Positions 17,061-24,794 of a stretch of DNA of 60,444 nt are shown here, piece by piece. The DNA is from an uncultured Rhodobacterales bacterium (GTDB lineage Bacteria > Pseudomonadota > Alphaproteobacteria > Rhodobacterales > Rhodobacteraceae). Below the pieces are notes generated by a model that worked only from the letters and a program-made list of their open reading frames with translations, was not told the DNA's origin and did not search any database. Position numbers and translations under genes: made by a program. Where the stretch lies: NCBI GenBank assembly GCA_964642935.1, contig CAZXRG010000001.1, positions 1-60,444 of the forward strand, in the 5' to 3' direction. Numbering within the stretch: the stretch's first letter is position 1; every line of letters starts with the position of its first letter.

Positions 17061-19820
17061 TTAGCCGTAAATGTCTTCTTGGGCCAGTGTGTTCCAATCC
17101 ACGGAATTGAGGGCGTCATACTTCTCTGCATGGGCGCTTCGCGACACTTTTTGCAGATCGCCGCTATCTTCAACGAAGTAGAGCATATCAACCTCATCGA
17201 AGTAGATTTGCTCAATGCCTTGCAGAAGATCCGTATCGCCAGTTGCATGCTCTGTTACCGTAAAGCCCTGATCGGCTGTGCGGTTAATGCTGTAATCTGA
17301 CGCACGGCCCGTATAGACCGCAATATCCATACCTGTGCTGCCGATGATCTCATCTGATCCCGCACCCCCAACAACAATTTCGTCATTGGCACTGCCAGCA
17401 ATGAAATCCTGACCGCTTCCGCCGAGCAACAGGTTTTCCAAAGGATGCCCTTCAGAATGCTCAGAGACAGTAGGAGCCTGGGACAGCGTATCGCGCAGAA
17501 GTGCGTATTGATCCGCATGTTGCTTGGCGTTGAGCAGCTGTGTTGTTCCGGCTTTGCGATCGATCTCGTAAAGCGCATCAGAGCCTTGAAAATAAATCGC
17601 CTCAACCAGCACCACGACATCCACATCCTTTGTGGCCAGGTTGGTGATCACCATTTTATGGCGGCCGGTGATTTCAACTGAATAGTCGTCTGGTTCCCCT
17701 TCCAGCACAACAATGTCATGCTTGGCACCGCCATGAATCCGGTCACTGCCGGCGCCACCGATAAGGATATCCTCACCATAACCGCCCATCAAACGGTCCG
17801 CACCATCGTTGCCCAAAAGGGTATCATTGCCTGAGCTACCAACCAGCCGGTCCTTGTCCGAACCGCCGATCAACATATCATCGTGTCCGCCGCCATTCAT
17901 TTTGTTGCGGCCATCGCCGCCCACCAAAATGTCCTGACCCGCATTGCCAAACAGGCGGTCATTGCCAGCCCCGCCCAGCAATAAATCATCGCCATTGCCC
18001 CCCTTGAGGAGGTCATTGCGCCCGAACCCGGCAAGGATATCGTCATAATTGGTGCTCAGGTTCGTCCGGTCATGGCCTTCGGTGCCAATTTTGGTGGCCT
18101 CTGCGAGATCCCCGGTTGCCCCTTGTGCCCCATGAACGACAACAGCATCTTTGCTTGACCGCAAGAAGCTGAGATTCATGAAGTCTTCAATCAGATTGAA
18201 CAGAGATTTCGGTTGTTCAACCGGATCCTCCACGACAACAGGAGCATCTTCGAAACTCACCTCTTGCTCTTGAATGCTGAGGATATCCAGATCGATGCTC
18301 TTGTCTTCAAAATCAGTTTCATCCAGCGTGGAATCAGTTTCACCCAGCGTGATCTGTGGTTTGCTTGAGACAGTGCGCCCGCCCAACAACTCACCGGTCT
18401 CAACACCAGACGCCACATGCATGATCTCTGGCCCAGATGTATTTGAGCTTGTGCCTACGGTGAATTTTTGACTGGTTCCGAGCGCATCAAAGAAATCACG
18501 TAACGCATCAGGATCGTAGAAGTATTTACTGCCCGCATTGTCGTAATTTGCGGCAGTACCAGGATTGATAACGACCTTACCGCCTGTGGCTGTTTCGACA
18601 AATTTCAGCTGGAAGGTGTCATCATAGTTTTTGCCATCGAGCTGGCGAGAATTGATCCCGTAATTGTCTTCAACTTTCAGGTTCAGGGCTTTTGCAACCT
18701 GCTTGAATGTATTTTCATTGGGATCAAACGCTTCGACATTGACCAGCATGTCGCGGGAATAAGAGACAAGATTGCCAGTGACCTCAAGATCACGGGTTGT
18801 CTGCACTTTGGCGTCGGAAAATGTGAAGCCCTTTTCATCCGGATCAAGCCCGTCATGCTTGATGTTGAATTTTGGAAGATTCCGAATGTCATTCAACACA
18901 TTATTATTCGCAATTAGTGTGTTGTTGGATATCTTTGCACCGTCAACACCAGAAATGGTCAGGGCATGCGTTGCGCCGTTATAGATCAGGTTCCCGGTAA
19001 TTTCGAAATTTGTGAAACTGATCTCATCAGGATTATCAGTTTTCTTGAGATTGAGGCGACCATAGATTGTCTGGGTCGAGACATCGTTTTGCAAAAACAC
19101 ATTGTCGCGGATGGCCAGATCATGGACCCCAAATTCAGTTCCTTTGCCCCAATACTGGATCATATCGGAGTGATCATCGGTATACCCGTTCACTTCGCCC
19201 GCGACCTTTCGGTATGGCACGAAATGCTCAAACAGGTTCTGTTCGATGGTGGTATTCAGCATATCCGTAATCGTGATTCCGTCTTTACGGATGTCGTGGA
19301 TATGGTTGTTTGTGATGTCGACAGTCTCTGAGTTGTTCAGAGACACACCACCATAAAGCGTTGAGAACTCATTTTTATCGATCACGATGTCAGTGGAATC
19401 GCGCACCGTAATACCCATGCCGTAAGGGTATCCTTCATGCAGGTTCTGTGAGGTGTCCGTGATTTCGGAAAAATGGCCAACCAGCTTGGAATTTGTGAGC
19501 TGAATGTTGTTGCTCTCATAAAGGTAGAGGAGCGCGTTGAAGCCGGAATTGGGATATCCGTTTGTGGGCGCGTCAAACTCTAAAACAAGAGAATCAAAGG
19601 TGATGTTGCCTGAGGATTTAACAGCGGTTTTATTGAGCAGAATCGCCGGATTCTCCGGGTCCAGAGATCGGATTGTGACGGGGCTGTCAAAAGCCATCTC
19701 TTTGATTTCAATGCCCTTATACTCACCTGCACGCAGCAAGATGGTTTCGCCCCCTGAAGCCTTCTCCAGCGCCCGCATAAGTCCCTTGGTATTCGATACT
19801 GTTACCGTATTCGAGTTCAT
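17061..19820 (-). CDS. RTX (type I secretion-type) protein with N-terminal right-handed beta-helix domain; AlgE-like layout
   Basis: The open frame extends to a GTG at 19907. I prefer the ATG at 19820 (MNSNTVTV), which has AAAGGG 6 nt upstream. The N-terminal ~400 aa show PbH1-type repeats (ITVRDSTDIVIDKNEF, VDITNNHIHD, LAIRDNVFLQ). A central block of GGxGxD nonapeptides follows (GGNGDDLLLGGAGNDRLFGNAGQDILVGGDG...), with a second short block near the C-terminus. No signal peptide. Confidence 0.85.
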   Translation of the reverse strand: MNSNTVTVSNTKGLMRALEKASGGETILLRAGEYKGIEIKEMAFDSPVTIRSLDPENPAILLNKTAVKSSGNITFDSLVLEFDAPTNGYPNSGFNALLYLYESNNIQLTNSKLVGHFSEITDTSQNLHEGYPYGMGITVRDSTDIVIDKNEFSTLYGGVSLNNSETVDITNNHIHDIRKDGITITDMLNTTIEQNLFEHFVPYRKVAGEVNGYTDDHSDMIQYWGKGTEFGVHDLAIRDNVFLQNDVSTQTIYGRLNLKKTDNPDEISFTNFEITGNLIYNGATHALTISGVDGAKISNNTLIANNNVLNDIRNLPKFNIKHDGLDPDEKGFTFSDAKVQTTRDLEVTGNLVSYSRDMLVNVEAFDPNENTFKQVAKALNLKVEDNYGINSRQLDGKNYDDTFQLKFVETATGGKVVINPGTAANYDNAGSKYFYDPDALRDFFDALGTSQKFTVGTSSNTSGPEIMHVASGVETGELLGGRTVSSKPQITLGETDSTLDETDFEDKSIDLDILSIQEQEVSFEDAPVVVEDPVEQPKSLFNLIEDFMNLSFLRSSKDAVVVHGAQGATGDLAEATKIGTEGHDRTNLSTNYDDILAGFGRNDLLKGGNGDDLLLGGAGNDRLFGNAGQDILVGGDGRNKMNGGGHDDMLIGGSDKDRLVGSSGNDTLLGNDGADRLMGGYGEDILIGGAGSDRIHGGAKHDIVVLEGEPDDYSVEITGRHKMVITNLATKDVDVVVLVEAIYFQGSDALYEIDRKAGTTQLLNAKQHADQYALLRDTLSQAPTVSEHSEGHPLENLLLGGSGQDFIAGSANDEIVVGGAGSDEIIGSTGMDIAVYTGRASDYSINRTADQGFTVTEHATGDTDLLQGIEQIYFDEVDMLYFVEDSGDLQKVSRSAHAEKYDALNSVDWNTLAQEDIYG

Positions 19821-19942
19821 AAAAGCCCTTTCGAAACCTGACATTGTCTCAGGAATCTTGTAATTTGAAAGATGATACGCCGATTTACTGGATACAAATT
19901 TTAGCACACACCTGTACGGACAGCATTCTGTTCAAGCCGCGA

Positions 19943-19961
19943 TTCAAGACTGGGTCTTGAA
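19943..19961. repeat. Perfect 8-bp-arm inverted repeat TTCAAGAC-TGG-GTCTTGAA (possible operator)
   Basis: Read directly. A further direct TTCAAG copy lies at 19931-19936. Located just upstream of the RTX beta-helix gene. Confidence 0.3.
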
Positions 19962-20605
19962 CAATCCCGACTTGGCAGAGCAGTTTAAAAAGCCCGTTTC
20001 AGACATTTGGAAATTGCCCCGCAACTCAATTTGGAGTTGCCATTTCCCGTATTGCAATTTGTATCCACTCGAACACACACCCCTATAGTCTGAGCAGACA
20101 TTACTTAACCGAATCCAAGATGAAACAAAAATCTGGCATAAATTGGACCCGTGTGGAAAACCGCCGATGTCACGCGCGCCATCAACCTCATTCGAATACG
20201 CCTTAGATTTACCAAGTTGGTATAGGGCGTTGTGTTTTTACAAATGGTACACAGAATCCCAAGAACGAGCGGTGATGCTCAGTTTTGTCAATAAAAATTG
20301 ATTTATTCGAACATCTCTACTGAAGGCGGGTTCGCGCGATTCAGAGCTGAGCTTTTGCATCACCTAAGAGCGCACCACCTGCAATTGGGCCGAAGTAAGG
20401 CCTTTTGAGAGGGGCTTGGGACCAACAGATCAATGGTGCCGCGATCAGATTCCCATGGCCGTCGGCCTGTTTCCAATCCCATATTTAGTGCATTTTGATG
20501 GTCAAATATTTTGCTCCTGTTGGGCAACTCCTTTATGCAGGCATTTGATTGAGGCCATGCAGAAAATTTGTGTGCGACCGTATTCCAAATAAAGATGAGA
20601 TCCCG

Positions 20606-21595
20606 ATGCAAAGAAAATCTTTACCCTATCGTATGCTTCGCTTTGTCTGGCGCAGGTTGAAAATGCTTCGGTTTTACGGCGCTTTGTTGATGGACAACAT
20701 TTATGATGCGCGTCGGTATTTCCATTGGGCCCATGGGATCAGAACAGATCGCACAGAGGCGCAGGCCACCCATGCGATCTACAAGGCCTATCACGGGGTG
20801 GAAAAGGGTTTGTCTTTGAGCGAACCGCGTCCCAATTTCGGAGTTGATAAAATCAACATCCTGATTGGCAAGCTGACCGAGTTTTCAAGCCGCTTTAATC
20901 CGCAAGGTGTTCCTGCAGCTGTTTCTGCGCTGGAAGCCTATCGTGAATTTAACCTGCCCCATGGTGTTGAGAACAAAAACCTGAATGCGTTTCTGGATGG
21001 TTTGGGGGCAGAAAACGCGCAGACCGGTGGGACAGATTTTGTAACGCGCGATGATATCCTTGCTGCGGGCGAGGGTGTGGATGCAGATTTTTTCTGGGCT
21101 CGCCATTCGGTGCGTCAGTATTCTGACACACCAGTTCCCATGGAGATGATCCGTCAGGCCGTGGATATGGCGCGCAAGACCCCAACTGTGTGCAACCGGC
21201 AAGGGCCCCGGGTGCATGTATTTGAGAACGCGCAGCAGGCGTTGGATTGGCAACCAGGCAATAAAGGCTTTGGGCATCTGGCCTCACGCGGGCTGATCGT
21301 GACCGCTGATTTGCAGTCCTTTTCGGGAACAGGCGAGCGCAATCAGCCTTTTGTGGATGGTGGGATGTTTGCCATGTCTTTGCTTTATGCGCTGCATGCA
21401 CTTGGGCTTGGGGCCTGCCCGCTGGCTTGGTCCATGCGCCCGGCACAGGATCGCGAAATGCGCAAGGCCTTGGGTATTCCGGACAGTGAAGCTGTTATTA
21501 TGATGATTTCAGTGGGGCATTTGCCTGACAGCTTGCAGGTTGCCAAATCGCACCGGATGCCAATTGAGCATGTATTGGTTGAGCATCCCGCCTAA
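20606..21595 (+). CDS. Nitroreductase-family protein with a ~150-aa N-terminal extension
   Basis: The track start at 20549 is TTG; the first in-frame ATG is at 20606. The C-terminal ~190 aa (RHSVRQYSDTPVPMEMIRQAVDMARKTPTVCNRQ...) match the nitroreductase fold signature (R.S.R.F/Y...P). Confidence 0.75.
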   Translation: MQRKSLPYRMLRFVWRRLKMLRFYGALLMDNIYDARRYFHWAHGIRTDRTEAQATHAIYKAYHGVEKGLSLSEPRPNFGVDKINILIGKLTEFSSRFNPQGVPAAVSALEAYREFNLPHGVENKNLNAFLDGLGAENAQTGGTDFVTRDDILAAGEGVDADFFWARHSVRQYSDTPVPMEMIRQAVDMARKTPTVCNRQGPRVHVFENAQQALDWQPGNKGFGHLASRGLIVTADLQSFSGTGERNQPFVDGGMFAMSLLYALHALGLGACPLAWSMRPAQDREMRKALGIPDSEAVIMMISVGHLPDSLQVAKSHRMPIEHVLVEHPA

Positions 21596-21728
21596 AGCGC
21601 GGCCTGTTTTACAACGCTTCGCGAACAACCTTGCATCTCCTAACGCGGCCAAAAATCAAAGATCGGGGCGCGTTAGGAGGTGGGTAAGCCCTTTAAATGG
21701 CAATGGTGTTTGCCAGAGCAGTCCGTCT

Positions 21729-23852
21729 TTAGACGAAGATATTTCCGCTCTCTAGGATATCGTCGATTTCCGCATCTGTGACATTCTCAAACACAATGGA
21801 TGTGTTTTTGCTGAGCGAAAGAAACAGATCTGTGGACTCGTCCTGCTGCGCAATTTCCTGCACGGACACATCCCTCAAATTTCCTTTGAGGCGCACCATA
21901 TCTTCAATGTCGTAATCCGTAACCCGGTCGTGACCTGCGTGCCAACTTGTGAAGATGAAAACATCACGATCTGCGCCACCTTCCAGCACATCATCGCCAG
22001 CACCGCCATTCAACCGGTCTTTTCCGTCTCCACCAGACAGCATGTCATTGCCCTTGCCGCCATACAGTATGTCGCGGTCTGCACCGCCATGGAGCTTGTC
22101 ATCGCCGCGGTTGCCCAGCAGCTTGTCGCGCCCCGCACCGCCGAAGATCTCATCATCCCCCTTGCGGCCCTTAAGCCAGTCATTGCCTTCAAAGCCAAGG
22201 ATCAGATCATTTTCATGGGTACCCACAAGTCGATCAGAACTGTCCTCACCGCCTATCCGGTTATAGGTACTAAAGACATCGCTTTGCATATGCTCAATGT
22301 CAGTGTTGAGGGTGATCACATCCGAGAGGGTGGTTGCCCAAAGCGCGTCCAGCTCGCCGGCCTCAAAATCCCGGTTTTCGGACCAAAGCTCATCGCCCGC
22401 ACGCAGGCGCGAGAACTGATCCACCATCACAAACGAGAAGGTCTCGCCCAGCATGCCGCCATTGACCGGATCTTCAGCCAAGCCACCGATCCAGGCATCC
22501 ACCAGATCGACCGATCCATAAGCCGCTTCCAGCTTGGCGGCGATATCTATGTCTGCGGTGATGTCGTCAAAGCTTTCAGCCCGCGCAAGGCCAAGCCCTT
22601 CGCGGATATCATTATAGCTGCCAAGCCCCAGATCGCGGCCGCGCTGAATGTTGAGTGACGCCAAATCCAGGCCACCCGCGCCCGGAGGGCCGAACAGGAA
22701 GGAGCGCACGTCTTCGATGACATGCACATCCAGCTCTTGGGAGGCACCTTGGCCCAATCCACGCAGGATCGGATCAATGCCGCTTGCAAACAGCTGAGAT
22801 GGATTGAAGAACGCATCGCGCAGCGCCAGATTGCCGCTTTCATGCTCGCTGCCATCCTCATTGAGGCGCTGGATTTCGCCAGACAGCAGCGAATGGCCAA
22901 AGCGATAAACGGCTGTTGAGAATTCCACAGAAATGCCTGGGTTCACGCTGGCATCATAGCCCTCATAAGCGCCAAGCGCATCTGCGCCCAAAAGCCGGGG
23001 CAGGAATTCGTTATAGGTCACGGCCTGCATGACAGCTTCTACCCGGGCACGCGCACCCTCAAACAACGCATCCGCATCAAGGCTGGGATCCGCCTCAGCC
23101 AGCAGGTCCACCTGACGGTTATGCTCGCGGGTAAAGAGCGTGTGGAGCGAAGACAAAGCCACATTTTCTGCCGCCCGCACATCGCCGGTCATGAAGCCGC
23201 TATCGTCCTGATCGAGCATATTATCGACCATGCGCAACTTGCCGCCCTCAACACGCATTGTGTCCATCACATCTTGGCTGGATCCATAGATCTGGGAGCC
23301 ATCAATGAAGGTGGTAATCTGGTTGGCATATTCACGCGAGCTGTCGACACCACTGCCCTCAAGCGCTTCAACCCGGCTGAAAGAGATCTCGGCCTGACCT
23401 GTCATGAACGGGTCAAATTGCGGATCGCCAAATGGCACTGGGATATTGGCCGCTTCACCACCGTGATGCGCTTCTGTCAGGCTGAGATCGTGATCTAGGA
23501 ACTGGCCCCAGGCCCAAAGATAATCAGACGCACCGCCCGGATCAGGCATATCTGAATCTTGCGCATTTACGATATTCGAAATTTCGCGGGCGCTTGGGCG
23601 TTCATCGCCTGCCAATGTGCCAATCCCGTCTCCAAATGCAGGCTCTGTGAGGCGCAGCAATGTATCCCCTGCGCGCCCGGCATCCCCGGTTGCAGCCCCT
23701 GTGCCATCAACAGTTCGCCCGGCATCTGTCGGAGACGACAAAGGCAAAACCTGAGATTGGTCTTCATTGGCATTGGGTTTTGGTTGGATCTCTTCAAAAA
23801 CAGAAAGCAGATCATCAACCGCGGAAAAGATATTTCCGATCGCGGATGTCAT
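21729..23852 (-). CDS. Animal-haem-peroxidase-family protein fused to C-terminal RTX repeats
   Basis: The track start at 23915 is TTG; the ATG at 23852 (MTSAIGNIF) has AGGGG upstream. Distal-His motif WGQFLDHDLSLT and proximal-His motif AVYRFGHSLL are present. The C-terminus has GNDWLKGRKGDDEIFGGAGRDKLLGNRGDDKLHGGADRDILYGGKGNDMLSGGDGKDRLNGGAGDDVLEGG. Confidence 0.85.
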   Translation of the reverse strand: MTSAIGNIFSAVDDLLSVFEEIQPKPNANEDQSQVLPLSSPTDAGRTVDGTGAATGDAGRAGDTLLRLTEPAFGDGIGTLAGDERPSAREISNIVNAQDSDMPDPGGASDYLWAWGQFLDHDLSLTEAHHGGEAANIPVPFGDPQFDPFMTGQAEISFSRVEALEGSGVDSSREYANQITTFIDGSQIYGSSQDVMDTMRVEGGKLRMVDNMLDQDDSGFMTGDVRAAENVALSSLHTLFTREHNRQVDLLAEADPSLDADALFEGARARVEAVMQAVTYNEFLPRLLGADALGAYEGYDASVNPGISVEFSTAVYRFGHSLLSGEIQRLNEDGSEHESGNLALRDAFFNPSQLFASGIDPILRGLGQGASQELDVHVIEDVRSFLFGPPGAGGLDLASLNIQRGRDLGLGSYNDIREGLGLARAESFDDITADIDIAAKLEAAYGSVDLVDAWIGGLAEDPVNGGMLGETFSFVMVDQFSRLRAGDELWSENRDFEAGELDALWATTLSDVITLNTDIEHMQSDVFSTYNRIGGEDSSDRLVGTHENDLILGFEGNDWLKGRKGDDEIFGGAGRDKLLGNRGDDKLHGGADRDILYGGKGNDMLSGGDGKDRLNGGAGDDVLEGGADRDVFIFTSWHAGHDRVTDYDIEDMVRLKGNLRDVSVQEIAQQDESTDLFLSLSKNTSIVFENVTDAEIDDILESGNIFV

Positions 23853-23934
23853 TTTAGCAGCCCCTAGTACACACTCAACTGACCCATGTTCTATCACAAA
23901 AAGTTGATCCTGCAATTACAAATAGTTAATGATA

Positions 23935-23950
23935 ATTAACGTGAAATTTT
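23935..23950. repeat. Near-palindrome GTTAAT-GATA-ATTAAC in a divergent promoter region
   Basis: Read directly; 14 of 16 positions are self-complementary. Lies between the peroxidase gene and the EPS export genes. Confidence 0.25.
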
Positions 23951-24192
23951 TCAACAATTTCAAAGGGCCTGTTGGTGTATTTGAGCGTCGCACAACCAGA
24001 GCGGTCATAAGGCTGCACGTCTTCGCAGGTGCGCCGCGGGGATTGGCAAAGACGCTCAAAAACCACAATTGGCACGAAGTTTTGCTAGAGGGGATGCTAA
24101 ATTCTTGTCCTGACCTCATAAATGCGGATAAGTCTTGTAAAAAAAGGCAGCTTTCGACACAACAAAGCTGCATCGCATCGAGGTAGTCTAAT

Positions 24193-24780
24193 ATGAAACG
24201 TGTAATTCTGACGCTTCTGGTTCTTTTGATGGCACCAGCAGCTTGGGCGCAAAGATACCAGATTCAAGCAGGCGACCGGCTTGATATTTCTGTCCTAGAA
24301 GACCCCACACTGAACCGTCAGGTTCTGGTCAGCCCGGATGGACGCATTTCTGTACCAATCGCTGGCAATATCCGCGCAGGCGGCCGCTCCACATCACAGG
24401 TAGAGCGCACCATTCAGGAACGCTTGGCGTCTGGTTTTGAGGTCACGCCAACCGTGACTGTCTCTTTGGTGGCCCTTGCCCCTGAACCTTCACCAGATGA
24501 GAATTTCATTGAAATCTACGTCATCGGCGAAGTTTCCCGCCCCGGTCTTTTGCGGGTGGAAGGCGGCACGACACTGCTACAGGCGCTGAGCCAAGTTGGC
24601 GGCATGTCCAAATTCGCAGCAACAAAACGCATTCAGTTGCGCCGGATTGTCAAAGGTGGCGGCGAAGAGATCTTTGTCTTCAACTATCGTGGTATCGAAC
24701 GCGGACAGCGCGTGAATACATCCCTGACTGTGCGCGAAGGTGATGTCATCGTCGTTCCTGAGCGTAAACTCTTCGAGTAA
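24193..24780 (+). CDS. Short periplasmic polysaccharide export (OPX, Wza-family Poly_export+SLBB) protein
   Basis: 195 aa with signal peptide MKRVILTLLVLLMAPAAWA. YQIQAGDRLDISV and PDGRISVPIAGNIRAGG are the Poly_export motif. The SLBB-like C-terminus ends the protein, so there is no Wza-type outer-membrane helix. Confidence 0.85.
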   Translation: MKRVILTLLVLLMAPAAWAQRYQIQAGDRLDISVLEDPTLNRQVLVSPDGRISVPIAGNIRAGGRSTSQVERTIQERLASGFEVTPTVTVSLVALAPEPSPDENFIEIYVIGEVSRPGLLRVEGGTTLLQALSQVGGMSKFAATKRIQLRRIVKGGGEEIFVFNYRGIERGQRVNTSLTVREGDVIVVPERKLFE

Positions 24781-24794
24781 GGAAAATACCCGAC

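Noticed and set aside
20120-20206. 28-aa basic ORF (MKQKSGINWTRVENRRCHARHQPHSNTP) in the long non-coding gap
   Set aside because: No SD, no hydrophobic or recognisable motif, and nothing to distinguish it from a random short ORF.
20359-20373. Exact 15-mer ATCACCTAAGAGCGC shared between 20359-20373 and 57609-57623 (both in non-coding regions)
   Set aside because: By a rough estimate, a few exact 15-mer coincidences are expected by chance in about 60 kb when both strands are considered. The flanks do not align, so I do not treat it as a motif without further copies.
20360-20611. 83-aa minus-strand ORF overlapping the start of the nitroreductase gene
   Set aside because: No ribosome-binding site or motif. 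It overlaps the better-supported plus-strand gene start and lies in an AT-rich intergenic region.
23936-23949. CtrA box call for TTAATGATAATTAA
   Set aside because: The spacing is TTAA-N6-TTAA, not the canonical TTAA-N7-TTAA. I kept it only as a generic palindrome finding, not as a CtrA site.
23916-24192. c-di-GMP or other riboswitch in the leaders of the EPS export and ExeA-like ATPase genes (also 51629-51953)
   Set aside because: I compared these by eye with my memory of the GEMM-I consensus and saw only trivial matches (GGCAAAG). The one hairpin (24147-24171, GCAGCTTT-N9-AAAGCTGC) is too simple to call. A covariance-model scan would be needed.
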